This document shows positions 25,434 through 40,017 of a stretch of DNA of 64,000 nt, in pieces. The notes beneath the pieces are model-generated. The model had not been told where the DNA came from, did no database searches, and saw nothing but the letters and a program-made list of their open reading frames with translations. The stretch spans positions 69,254,001 to 69,318,000 of the forward strand of contig NC_043004.1 of NCBI RefSeq assembly GCF_006345805.1. Reading direction: 5' to 3'. Made by a program: the position numbers and the translations under genes. The first letter of the stretch is position 1; every line of letters begins with the position of its first letter. The stretch comes from Octopus sinensis (lineage: Eukaryota).

Positions 25434-25994
25434 CGAAAGAAGGTTTGAAAATGCAATTTTAAAAGATGTTTATTTACCTTACCGGTTTCACTCTTTGGAA
25501 AAAGATTGTCAAAAGTAACATGTGCAAGTTTGGTTGCGTTAATTATCGGTTATCACAAAATGCCACAAAACATATATACAGTCTTTGGTGACAAGAACAT
25601 GTTAAGGACATAAGAAAGTTCAACAAGTTCCTTAAAATATTGGACACAAAAGATTACAACATAAATATACATTCTCAAGAAAATGTTAAAGACAGTTTCC
25701 AGAAGGAATTATTAAAAAGTTCAGTGGGATATTGGTATACACGCACAGAATATTATGAGTTCAAAAAGCTTAAACTGACCTGTCCACCATAGGTCAGTTT
25801 AAGCTTCGCTTCTATTATAATGTAAACCTTTTTGAACTCATAATATTCTGTGCGTGTATACCAACATTCCACTGAATAACCAATAATTAACACAACCAAA
25901 CTTTTCATGTTACTTTTGACAATCTTTTTCCAAAGAGTGAAACCGGTTAAGTAAATAAACATCTTTTAAAATTGCATTTTCAAACCTTCTTTCG
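25434..25994. mobile_element. Fold-back Tc1/mariner-type MITE with an insertion of about 165 bp in the left arm
   Basis: TA|CGAAAGAAGGTTTGAAAATGC ... GCATTTTCAAACCTTCTTTCG|CA; left arm 25434-25555 plus 25720-25768 pairs with 25828-25994; central 16-bp hairpin AAGCTTAAACTGACCT/AGGTCAGTTTAAGCTT. Confidence 0.88.
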
Positions 25995-26009
25995 CATATA
26001 TATACATAT

Positions 26010-26172
26010 TGGACAGGCTTCTTTCAGTTTCTGTCTACAAAATCCACTCTCAAGGCTTTGGTCGACCCGAGGCTATAGTAGAAGACACTTGCCCAAGGTG
26101 TCATGCAGTGGGACTGAACCCAGAACCATGTGGTTGGGAAGCAAGCTACTTACCACACACCCACGTCTGCGC
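26010..26172 (-). mobile_element. SINE family A head; another degenerate head at 26400-26570(-)
   Basis: Reverse complement of the head and core. Confidence 0.85.
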
Positions 26173-26173
26173 C

Positions 26174-26205
<32 letters not shown>

Positions 26206-26283
26206 TTTTTGTTGAAATGGAAAGATGAATTTTCTTGTTACAGATTATTCAAAAGTTTTCCGATACCTGGGTAGCAAATTAAC

Positions 26284-26358
<75 letters not shown>

Positions 26359-27765
26359 ATAATTAAGAATAAAATCATTAAAAATTTTAATATGATGCAT
26401 TTCTTTTTAGTTTCCATCAATCAAACCCACTTACTTTGGTCAGTTCAGGACTTGGAGCTATAGCGGGAGACACTGAGACACTTGCTCAAGTTGCCATGCA
26501 GTAAGACTGAACCTAAGACCACGTGGTTAAAAAGCAAACTTCTTACCACACAGTCATATCTGCACTTAATGAACAGATCTTAATATCAAGACCATAGAAA
26601 TGTTATTAAAATGTAATTTATGGCTGATTGTACTATACAGAGCTAAAAGAGAGATATTAAGAAAAGTATCATTGAATACTTTGAGACGTAAGCATAGAGG
26701 CGACTTTTGAGAATAACATGGACAGAAGGACAAGGCCGCTGATGATGAGCTAAAAATAATGGCAAATACAAAGAAAGTTTTAGTAGGAGGCATCCTCAAA
26801 GGAGAGAAGACTGAAAATTTTGGACATTTAATTAGCAAAATGTGGTTTACAGAGATTGTTAATGGATGGCTAAAATGAATGAGGAAGGGGAGGGAGAGGA
26901 GGGAAAGAGGGGGAAACTAAAATATGGTGGATGTGTGGGAAGAGAGCCTAAGAGAGACTGGAAAGACAGGTACATGGTTTTCATCCTACTGGTGGCGGTG
27001 GTGGCGGCGGCGGTGGTGGCGGCGGCGGTGGTGGCGGCGGCGGTGGTGGCGGCGGCGGCGGCGGGGTGGTGCTGGTGATAATGATGATGATGACAACTAG
27101 GAGAAGGATTATGATGATTATGCTGCTGTTGCTGCTGTTGCTGCTGTTGCTGCTGATGATGATGACGATGATGGTGATGGTGATGGTGATATTGGTGATG
27201 TCATTTGTACACAACAAACAAAACACTAGAAAATATGGAAAAAGAAAGACAGTATAAGAGTTAGAATAGAAAAGAGAGTAAGGGGAGAGAAAGAGAGGAA
27301 GAGAGAAAGAGAAGAGAGAAAGATGGGAGAAGAGCGGGAGAGATAGGTAGGGAGATAGTAAGGACAGAGCATATGTCCGAGAGTGAGAGCATGTGAAAGA
27401 GAAATAGAAAGAGAGAGGGGAGGAGGGAGAGGGGGAGAGTCAGAGAGAGAGAGGGGAAGGGAGAGAGTTAGAGAGAGAGTGTGTGTTTGAGAGAAAAAGA
27501 GAATTATAGTGAAACTGTAAGAGAGAAAGGGAGAGTGTTATATGAGAGAGAAGTAGAAAGTGAGGTAGAAAGAGAGTGAATGAGAGAGTATGTGAGTGAG
27601 CAAGAGAGAGAGAGAGCGAAGGAGGAGACAGGTAGGCCATGAGAGAGAGAGAGAGAGACAGAGACAGGAAGAGACAGAGAATGAAGACCGAAGGTTCCAA
27701 TAAAGTAATGCTTCCAATATGGAACCATGTTTCCAATGGAATTTAGATGGTTCTGCAACCAAACT

Positions 27766-28182
27766 AGGCGCAGAAGTGGCTGTGTGGTAAGTAGCTTGTT
27801 TACCAACCACATTGTTCCGGGTTCAGTCCCACTGCGTGGCACCTTGGGCAAGTGTCTTCTACTATAGCCTCGAGCCGACCAAAGCCTTGTGAGTGGATTT
27901 GGTAGACGGAAACTGAAAGAAGCCCGTCGTATATATGTATATGTATATATATATATATGTGTGTGTGTGTTTGTGTGTCTGTGTTTGTCCCCCTAGCATT
28001 GCTTGACAACCGATGCTGGTGTGTTTATGTCCCCGTTACTTAGCGGTTCGGCAAAAGAGACCGATAGAATAAGTACTGGGCTTACAAAAGAATAAGTCCC
28101 GGGGTCGATTTGCTCGATTAAAGGCGGTGCTCTAGCATGGCCGCAGTCAATTAACTGAAACAAGTAAAAGAGTAAAGAGTAA
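27766..28182 (+). mobile_element. SINE family A, full length
   Basis: Head, core, (TA)n(TG)n and tail. Confidence 0.95.
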
Positions 28183-28759
28183 ACTTAACCAAGACATTTG
28201 GTCCTCGTGGCCAAGTTCTTCTCCCTCAAATACAATTTCAAACCTATACGAAATAAAGGTATTCTGTGATACTTTGGTTAGAATTGCAGCATTGATCTTC
28301 TGTTAGGATAACAACAACAACGACAACAAAAGCAGTAACAGCAGCAGTTCAAGAATTTGGACCTGGAGATCTCCGTTTCCAGCGACTTCGAGGACCACCT
28401 ACCAGTGTTTTCGGGCGTCAACGAAGAGCCCTCGACTACAAGACGACCAAAGTTACTTTTTTTTTTCCCCAAGGTCTGGGGTCTCCCGACCCTAAGCCCT
28501 AGACCATCACCTAATCACCCTTTCCCGTCTTGTTGCTTAACAAAAACAACAACAACATCAACAACAGCAGCAGCAACAACAACTTTTATTGGGACAAAAA
28601 CAACGGCAACAACTTCTACAGAAATCACTCTTATCACCACCATCACCTCAACAACAATGACGACAACAAAATAATATATATATGCATATATACATACATG
28701 TATGTACATACCTACATATACATGTATATATACATGCATATATGGGTACAGGGCGTCAA

Positions 28760-28930
28760 AAAACGTGAATAAAATGGAAAACGAGAACATTAAAAAACAA
28801 AAAAAAACATGGAAAACGAAAGAAAGAAATAGAGAAACGAGACAGACAACATAAAGAACAATCCCTTCATCAGTGGTCGAGCTCTCAAAACGCATACCTA
28901 TTAGTTTGAGTCATTCTGACAAAAACTCCT
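28760..28930 (-). mobile_element. Penelope-type terminal fragment
   Basis: Reverse complement reads GCGTTTTGAGAGCTCGACCACTGATGAAGGGATTG followed by a T-rich tail; same layout as 40018-40240. Confidence 0.55.
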
Positions 28931-28937
28931 CATACCC

Positions 28938-28979
<42 letters not shown>

Positions 28980-28981
28980 AA

Positions 28982-29061
<80 letters not shown>

Positions 29062-29335
29062 CATACATATATGCATACACACACATATATATATAAATTT
29101 ATAGGCTAGACCATCTAAACAAGACGATTTGTAGATACGTAGACAATTTCTCCAACCCGAGCAGTGTGAACAATAGTGAAGGAATCGTCGAAAGTGATAT
29201 GAACAGAAGAACTAGCAAGCTGGAAGACATATTACAGCGCAAATTTGGATACCAGCAATACCATCAACAAGTACCACCACCGAAATGAATGTCTGGCCAT
29301 ACGGTTTGATAACTCTGCCAGAAGTTCTGCATGAT

Positions 29336-29745
29336 AGGCGCAGGAGTGGCTGCGTGGTAAGTAGCTTGCTTACCAACCACATGGTCCCGGGTTCAGTCCC
29401 ACTGCGTAGCACCTTGGGCAAGTGTCTTCTACTGTAGCCTCGGGCCAACCAAAGCCTTGTGAGTGGATTTGGTAGACGGAAACTGGAAGAAGCCTGTCGT
29501 ATATGTATGTATATATATGTATATATATATGTGTGTGTGTGTGTCTGTGTTTGTCACCCCAGCATTGCTTGACAACCGATGCTGGTGCATTTAGGTCCCC
29601 GTATCTTAGCGGTTCGGCAAAAGAGCCCGATAGAATAAGTACTAGGCTTGCAAAGAATAAGCTCTGGGGTCGATTTGCTCAACTAAAGGCGGTGCTCCAG
29701 CATGGCCGCAGTCAAATGACTGAAACAAGTAAAAGAGTAATAGAG
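29336..29745 (+). mobile_element. SINE family A, full length
   Basis: Head, core and tail. Confidence 0.95.
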
Positions 29746-29754
29746 TATGATAAT

Positions 29755-30835
29755 GAAATATCATTATTGACTGCTGAGGTGATCAAGAAGCTGAGCATAT
29801 TCCACCAACGATGTCTATGGAGAATTCTCGAAGTCATATGACAAGAAAGAATAACTCATGAGGAAGTCTTTCTGTGAAGCTAATCCCACCAGTCGCAAAA
29901 ATATGGCCTCGCATCGTTTTTTCCTGGAAGGCAGTAGCGTAGCTAGAGGGACCGAATGGGGGCGAACGATCTATCCACTAGCTATGGGTGAGGGCGGTAG
30001 CACTTTTGGGTTTGCTGTGATAGCCTGTATGGTCTTGGGAAAGTGGTGGGGGCTGCCCCGAGCGCGAATTTTTTTCCCACGAGAGTTCCGGACCCCAGCA
30101 ATGAACACATTTGCATACAGCCAATCAGAGCTCACTTTGACCTTGCTGTCAAATTAACAAAGGTTGTCATTCAAGAACGGTGTTTTAAGTCGACCGCTCG
30201 CTAAGTTATGTTTGATTTTAGGAGACAATTAGATAGATTCACATCTATACATATTATCGGATTTTGTTAGGGCCCCATATGGTAAAGATGTGGAGGGGAA
30301 GTGTGGGTGATGTGCTAGCAACCCTCTCCCCTTACTGTCTTACAAAGTAAACAACAACACAAATAACTGCGCAGAGGCAGCCGTGGTTGGATCAAGAACA
30401 AGAACAGACATTCTTAAAAGAGAAAAGAAACATGGTCCTTCCTTACCCAAGAGACCTTATCTTATCGCCCATCACTTGTTATGCGCTCGTAAATTAGTTT
30501 GATTGTTGAGCTCTCATTGGGTGTATGCAAATGAGTTCATAACTGGGGTCCGGAACTCTCGTGGGAAAAGAATTTCGCGCCCCGGGCGCCAAATACTGTA
30601 GCTACGCCACTGCTAGCAGGTCATATTTTGAGCTTCCCGGCCGCTTGCTATGCAAATACTGCAATGACAGATAGCAGAAGGGTGGTGGAACGGACAAAGA
30701 GCTGACACAAGAACATCTGGAGCTGGACATTCCAGGATGACCGCAGATGTACGAGGACCAGTTGGATAGAAGCTAAGAGAACAGTGATAGATCGACCGTG
30801 CTGGAGGAAGTTTGCTGCCTTATGCGCGAAAAGAC
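29755..30835 (+). mobile_element. Decayed RTE LINE 3' portion, split by a hAT MITE
   Basis: KKLSIFHQRCLWRILEVI*QERITHEEV; removing the MITE restores ..LEGHIL..; downstream W.EA.R...DRPCWRKFAALC. Confidence 0.82.
29932..30612. mobile_element. hAT-superfamily MITE, 681 bp
   Basis: TIRs CAGTAGCGTAGCTA / TAGCTACGCCACTG; 8-bp TSD CTGGAAGG / CTAGCAGG (6/8 match); subterminal inverted repeat of about 80 bp (30056-30133 vs 30508-30588). Confidence 0.9.
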
Positions 30836-31018
30836 TTACTGCATTTGTTAGCGTAAAAGATGACCGAGTATATGAGACGACTCCTATCTTTACAGCACAT
30901 AGTCATGAAAAAGAAAAACAGTTTTTAGTGTATTATAGTTTATAGAAGTCCAAACTTCACATACAGGACCAGGGGAGATTTTTCGTGACGCTTTCTTTTT
31001 TGAAAAAACAAGTGCAAT

Positions 31019-31089
31019 TATACCATCAATTACGACAAGTGTATATACCATCAATTACGACAAGTCTTATACCATCAATTACGACAAGT
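31019..31089 (+). repeat. Three identical 22-bp units TATACCATCAATTACGACAAGT
   Basis: Units at 31019, 31044 and 31068, separated by 3 and 2 bp. Confidence 0.95.
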
Positions 31090-31204
31090 CTAAATTAGAA
31101 AAACTTGACTGGTGATTACTACTTCAACCCCATAGCGATGAAAATTAAAGCTGCCTTTAACAGGATATTTATTCGGAATGTGAAAGTGTATAGCTAAATA
31201 TTGG

Positions 31205-31417
31205 TTTCAAATTTTGGCACAAAAGTAGAAATTTCAGAGGAGGGCTTAAGTCGATTACATCAACCCCAGTGTTCAACAGGTACTTATTTTATTGGCCCCG
31301 AAAAGGATGAAAGGTAAAGTCGACCTCGGCAGAATTTGAACTCAGAATGTAAAGACGAACGAAATGTCGCCAAGCATTTTGCCCGGCGTGCTAACGATTC
31401 AACCAGCTCGCTGCCTT
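31205..31417 (-). mobile_element. SINE family B
   Basis: Reverse complement of the family B head and body. Confidence 0.9.
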
Positions 31418-31509
31418 ACACATACCTAAATTTTGCCAGGTATTTTGTCTGATACATATTCTACTGTTTTTATGCTGTTCTTGCAATGACACGAATAATA
31501 TTTGCAAGG

Positions 31510-31677
31510 ATGGTTGTGGGGTTAAGATGCTCACCTTGCGACCGCGTGCTTTAGAGTTCAGACCCACTGCGCAGCACCTTAGGCGAGTGTTTTCTACAGT
31601 AGTCCCGGGCTGACCAATGCCTTGCGAGTGAATTTGCAAGATGGAAACTGTGTAGAAGCCTGTCGTTATATATATTT

Positions 31678-31725
<48 letters not shown>

Positions 31726-31910
31726 GCCATCACCACTTGACAACAGGTGCTGGTTAGATTGTATTCGCGTGACTTTGCGGTTCGGTCAAAGAGATGAAAA
31801 GAATAAGTACCAGACTTTGAAAATAAAACTAGGCTCGATTTGTTCAACTAAAACCCTTCAATGTGGTACCCCAACGTGGTTCTAGTCCAATGACTGAAAC
31901 AAGTAAAAGG
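31510..31910 (+). mobile_element. SINE family A, degenerate
   Basis: Head, core, (TG)n and tail. Confidence 0.85.
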
Positions 31911-33199
31911 TATTTGATTAAAGATAATCGTGTGAAGGAATTTTAGTTCTTGGTAGAAAATATGGTTCTCATGACGAATGAGAGAGGATAGCTACTATAA
32001 GATCCGAAATATTTCTGCCCATAAACTGATGTACTTTATTATGTTAGTGTCTATTTTTGTTATTGTTATTATTTTTAATTCGTCAAATCTGACAGAATTT
32101 GAACACTCAATAATGAAAACTCTTACAGCCAAAAGACGAATAGTAAATAATCAACCGAACAAAAAACAGACACAGAAGGCCAAGTTGAAAAACATATGCT
32201 AAATGCACAGACAAACAGAAAACAAATACAGAAGGTCACCAACTCCTGATCAGTTATCGGCCAGAGTGTCATACGCAATTTCGTGCCATTATCGATGGCT
32301 TCCACTCTGGAGGCACCGGCAAGAAACTTGCCGGGAGTGAGATCAAAACATAAACGAAACGGAAAACAATAAATGGATGAACAAGCAATACAGAAATGCA
32401 TGTACAAAAATGGGTAAAAGGAATTCGAGACAAGACCGCTAGGGGAGGGACGCGGAACCAAAATAAAAGAAAGTAACAGAATATAGCCTTAGAGGCAGGC
32501 GAAGACTACAAAAAAATTATAATAATAATACATATACACCAAAGAAAGCCGTGGGGCTACATGATAGGCATATATGTACATACATACATTAATGGAAGGA
32601 TGTGATTGATTGATTGATGAACACGTAGGTATAAATGGAAGGTAAGATGGATATTGATTTGAAATTTTAGCTCAAGCCATTAATTTTGGAGGAAGGGATA
32701 AGTCGTACTTATTCTAACAACTCCTGCAGTAAGGTATACAAAGAATGAACATCGGAAAGCTATGACACGAGGGGAGGGGATATTGAAATATCAGGTATAG
32801 CCGTTCACATATGGCAAACTGGAGACCACTAACCACTGCGGAAGTTGTTGTTGACAAACAACAGCAGTAATTTTATTCAGCTGAATATACGTCATTGATT
32901 GGTTGAAATTACCGAAATACGACAACTTTAACACGAAATAACTTCGTAAATATAAACTTTTCTCAAACAACGCTAATAGTAAAAGAAGTTTTATATGACA
33001 CATTCTAACAGTATACGAAGTTTGAAAGTGTTTAGTTACAAAAAATTATTTTCTAAATCTGCCGGTCAAAAGGTAAAGATCCCAGAGATGAATGCAATTA
33101 TGGTAACCAATAATTAAGAAAGAAGAGGGCAGACTGCCATAATAGAATGCATAGACATTAGGTTGGCTGGTCTTAAAAGTTCACTCTCTCACTGCCCAT

Positions 33200-33510
33200 G
33201 GATATGGTGTAGTAGATAAAGACATATGTTTTTATGCAATGCAGTTACCTAGAGGTGCTGAGTTCAATTCCAAGCAACGCATTTAGGTAATTCTCATAAT
33301 TTACCTGAAGCAAATAAATTTTGAAAAGATGTCATGAAACACAGAGAGCGGAATGAGAAAAGTAAATCAAATAAAGGTTTAGGTTCGAAATTCCGATTCA
33401 ACAACCGAGTTGATACAACAACCAAGTTCAAGACATCTGAAGGAGGCTGGAGCCGTACAAAAGCCGAAACGTAGAGAAAGCAACAATGAAGATGAGGACA
33501 CTAATCTAAC
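33200..33510 (+). mobile_element. Degenerate copy of the tRNA-headed hammerhead element (family H2)
   Basis: A-box-like ATATGGTGTAGTAGATAA (about 33202), B-box GAGTTCAATTCC (33260-33271), AGGTTCGAAATT (about 33380), AAGACAT-CTGAAGGA-GGCT..AGCC-GAAACGT (33430-33472), then GATGAGGACA; same order as 61228-61485(-). Confidence 0.6.
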
Positions 33511-33524
33511 TAAACAATATCGAA

Positions 33525-33822
33525 GGGATGGTCATGGTTCAATAGTAAGAGCGTCGAACTCACAATCATAAGGTACTGAGTTCGATTCCCGGACCGGGCT
33601 GTGTGTTTTGTTCTTGAACGAAACGCTTTTCTCGTTTGGTGCCAAGCTGTATCGGCCCTTTGCCTTTCCCTTGGGTAACATTGGTGACATGGAGAGGGGA
33701 GGCTGGGATGCATGGGCAACTACTGGTCTTCCATAAACAATCCTTCCTGGATCTGTGCCTCAGAGGGTAAACTTTCTAGGTGCAATTCCACGGTCATTCG
33801 TGACCAAAGAGGGTCTTTACCT
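33525..33822 (+). mobile_element. tRNA-derived CORE-like SINE, family C
   Basis: GAGTTCGATTCCCGGACCGGGC, GGTGCCAAGCTGTATCGG, GAGAGGGGAGGC; matches 34194 and 41560. Confidence 0.88.
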
Positions 33823-34084
33823 ATTGACAGATAACTATCCATTCAATATTGTTTAGATGGACAACTAAAATACATAAGTTGATAGGCAGATAAAATACAT
33901 TGCAATATTCATTAAAACAAGGTGAATGACAGAGAGAAACTAGTGAACATGAAGGAAAGAAGATGAGGTTTATTTAAAAATATGGTTGAGGGACGCCCGA
34001 CCTTGGGTAAAAAAAATGATAAAATCTGTAATGTGTGGCAACCGTGGACGCCGCTCCAGTGTGCATTTATACATAAGTATCCAT

Positions 34085-34174
<90 letters not shown>

Positions 34175-34193
34175 GTGTGTGTGTGTGAGTGCG

Positions 34194-34522
34194 AAGGCGC
34201 ATGGCTCAGTGGTTAGAGCGTCGAGCTTACGATCGTGAGGTTATGAGTTCGATTCCCAGACCGAGCTGCGTGTTGTCTTCTTGAGCAAGACACTTGATTC
34301 CACGTTGCTCCTGTTCACTCAGCTGTAGAAATGAGTTGCGACGTCACTGGTGCCAAGCTGTATCGACCTTTGCCTTTCCCTTGGATAACACTGGTGGCGT
34401 GGAGAGGGGAGGCTAGTATGCATGGGCGAATGCTGGTCTTCCATAAACAGTCTTGTCCGGACTTGTGCCTGGGAGGGTAACTTTCTAGGTGAAATCCCAT
34501 GGTCATTCATGACCGAAGGGGG
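34194..34522 (+). mobile_element. SINE family C, full length
   Basis: A box TGGCTCAGTGG, B box GAGTTCGATTCC, CORE-like TTGAGCAAGACAC..CACTCAGCTGTAGAAATGAG. Confidence 0.92.
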
Positions 34523-34556
34523 GGAGGTCTCCTCCTATATATATATATATATATAT

Positions 34557-34735
34557 GGTGAGTCAAAAGTAGAACCCAGATTCTGGGAAGTCATATCATT
34601 CTTTGTAGTTTTGCAGATTATTTATTACTGACAGTTTTGAAAGTTACTAAATTTGGATCATGTGTCTTGTTGTTAATACTCTTTGATATCCGAACCCATA
34701 AAACAAGGATTATGAGTCAAAAGTACCTCCTAATT
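34557..34735 (+). mobile_element. Tc1/mariner-like terminal fragment
   Basis: Follows (TA)n as GGTGAGTCAAAAGT, with an internal repeat TGAGTCAAAAGTA at 34713; the same terminus occurs in reverse at 39921-39931. Confidence 0.5.
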
Positions 34736-36554
34736 GGAGTAAAGACATAACTATCTCTGACCGCCTACTACGTACTCTCTTGTACTGTCTCGTACTCTCC
34801 TATTCATAGTGCCTAATCATACTTGTCACGTGGGAGTACCATTATTACTAATTCCCTACATCTCCCCTTTTAAGTTTTTTACTTAGGAAGCGTCATTTTA
34901 ATTAGCAACAATTTTTTTCTTTCACCCCACCTCCCACTTTTGAGATTTTTTGTCCTATAATTTAATAATTTTTGCGCTTGGCATCTATTTTCAGGAACTC
35001 AGCATGTCTTCTTTTCCTCTCCCTTGTACGCCTGGGTTCAATCACCTGCAGTGGCGTAGGTTCTTGGAACGTATCGTACAACCATTCCATCAGTTCCTCC
35101 GACCTCTTAGGTTCGATTACCACGAATCTCTTTTTCAGTTGGTTCTTGTGTCTCTTTTGTATGTCTTTTCTACTATTCACCCAATACATCATTTTACCTA
35201 TTCATCTGGTAATTACGCCATCTTCCCAACTCTGCTTTCCATTCTTGTATACCCTCATATACACCTTTTCACTAACCTTAAAGAATCTTGCTGTGCCTTC
35301 CCTGGCACTTTTTCTTTTCTTGCCAGATAGTAATTTATCAAAGACTAATTTTACTTCACTTGCAAACATCAGCTCCACTGATGAGCTACCTGCTGATGTA
35401 TTTGGATTTGGTGTCACACGGTACACTCATAAAAATTTTTGTAGAGCTACCCCATCCGTGACTTCCTTATTTAATTATGTAAGGGTTCTTTTGAAGGTAT
35501 CGACGAAGCGTTCTGCTTGTCCGTTAGATTTGGGATCTACCGTGAACGTTTCACAAAATTTTTAAAATTCGCTAGACACAAATTGCGTTCCATTGTCAGA
35601 CACGAACTTGTCTGGGATGCCGAATCTTGCAGACAATTCGTGTAAAAAAATTATCACAGTTCAGGAGGTTGGCTTTTTACACTGAAAATTTCTGGTCATT
35701 TCGAGAAACTATCAACTACAACTAAGTAGTAAGAAACATTTGAAGGACCAGTGAAATCGATGTGTAATTTCGACCACGGAACATCTATTTTTGGACAATG
35801 TTTACTTTTTGTCGTTGGTAATTGTTCATTTCGTTTTGGCTTACATACAGGTGTTCCATTCTGGTTTACTGCAATCTCTCAGCCGCATTCGCACCTTCCA
35901 CTGAACCAACTATATTTCCACACAAAACACATATGGGAGCATTCCATGCTTTGAATAGTTCCATCCAGTCTGTGCCGAATAAATTAAATGAACTTTTTAA
36001 CATATATATGTTTGCCTTTTTGTTTGACCTTGAAATGTTACATTACATACAAATGTACTGAAAAAATATAATCTTTTTCCCGTAACACCATGTGCTACCA
36101 TTTTCGATTTAATTAATTTCGGCTTACCGACATATTTCCTAGTTTTTTTCGTTTATAGTGGCGATATCACTACAAGTGTCCAACTGCCTTTTAACACTTG
36201 TATTTCTGATTTTGACCTTCACGAATTTCCTCATCGTTATATTACTAATTTCTTCCGATGACACTATTTATTCTTTTTCCTTCGTTCTGACGTTTTGTCA
36301 TCTTCCTTCTACAGTGCATCTTTATGTGTCCTATATTTCCACAATGAAAGCACTCCGCTTTCTTAAATGAACAATTTTTCTTCAAGTGTATATCTCCACA
36401 GGCAAATCATGGGTTTATTTCCTGATTTTTGTCGTGTTTTTTAGAAAACACATTATCTCTATTCTGACTATTTCGCACTGGTTTTACTTAATTTGACCAT
36501 TCTTTCACATTCTTCTGACACTTTCTGTATCGTTACTTACCGGTTTTGTTCCAG

Positions 36555-36893
36555 CTACGAAAGCTGCGTTGTTATCCTCAGTCCGTAAACGATGGCTTTT
36601 AACGGGTGGAGAGCTGAACCATCCTGGGGTACAGAGGATTCGCAATCTAGACTAGGGTCTGATAGTTTACCACACCATAGTGGGTTACACCATGGTTCCT
36701 CTGCTTTGTGGCAGAAGTAGGAAGAAAGAGTGAGAGAAAGTTGTAGTGAAAGAGTACAGCGGGGTTCACCACCCTCTCCCGCCGGAGCGTCGTGGAGCGT
36801 CGTGGAGCTTAAGGTGTTTTTGTTCAATAAACACTCACAATGCCTCACGATCGTGAGTCCGCTGCCCTAACCACTGGGCCATTGCGCCTCCAC
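36555..36893 (-). mobile_element. SINE family D variant inserted in the Gypsy element
   Basis: Head GTGGAGGCGCAATGGCCCAGTGGTTAGGGCAGCGG shared with 21268; different tail. Confidence 0.8.
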
Positions 36894-37216
36894 TGCTACT
36901 GTTGTTGTCGTTCTTTCAGTTGTTGCTGGTGGTGTTGTAGTTGCTCTAACTGTTGTTCTTGCAGTTGCCGTTGTTGCTGTTTTTGCAACTCGAGCAAACC
37001 GACCAACAAATTTTCCTTGATTTTAAGATTATTTTCGTAAAATTCGCACAGCAAACACTTTTGTGAGTTTGTTAATTCATCGCGAGTTGTTAAAATCTTT
37101 GTCGCCACTGTTGTGATCCTTAAAAGTTGGATTGTTATAACACCCCCTTCGGTATACAGCATACTTAGTAAAACCAGTAAAGACACGACTACCTCTGACC
37201 GCCTACTACGTACTCT

Positions 37217-39550
<2,334 letters not shown>

Positions 39551-39689
39551 ATCTCTCACCGCCTGCTACGGACTCTCTCGTGGTGTCTCGTACTCTCCTA
39601 TTTATAGTGCCAACTCATACCACTTGTCACGTGGGAGGGATGTACCATTATTACTAATTCCCTACAACATGCATATCAGCCTTCATTTT

Positions 39690-39903
39690 TTTTCAATATG
39701 AGACCGCATGTGTATCGTTGGCGATTTTCTTTCTCCGTCTTCCCTTCCTTGGACCTTTCCTTTTTCTATGTTTCTGACGAAGTGCCCCGCTCGAAACGTT
39801 AAATCCTCTTTCTTTCTTTCCTTTTTTGAGCGTCCAATAACACTATACTTGTTCCACGTCCTCGCGTTGTTGTATTTTCCCTTTGTTCATATTTGGATTA
39901 AAC
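39690..39903 (+). mobile_element. Short Penelope/retrozyme-like element, family H1
   Basis: Co-linear with 16254-16453; contains a hammerhead motif. Confidence 0.78.
39770..39804 (+). ncRNA. Minimal type I hammerhead ribozyme motif with an intact core
   Basis: GTTT-CTGACGA-A-GTGC ccc GCTC-GAAAC-GTT-AAAT; one U.U mismatch in stem II; palindromic ACGU stem III. Confidence 0.75.
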
Positions 39904-39950
39904 AGGAATTGGGCGCTACATTTGACTCACCTTATACACACACACACACA

Positions 39951-39984
<34 letters not shown>

Positions 39985-40017
39985 TATGTATGTATATGTA
40001 TATATATATATATGTAT

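Noticed and set aside
31019-31089. Possible mini-CRISPR or binding-site array
   Set aside because: The spacers are only 2-3 bp; a simple local tandem duplication is enough to explain it.
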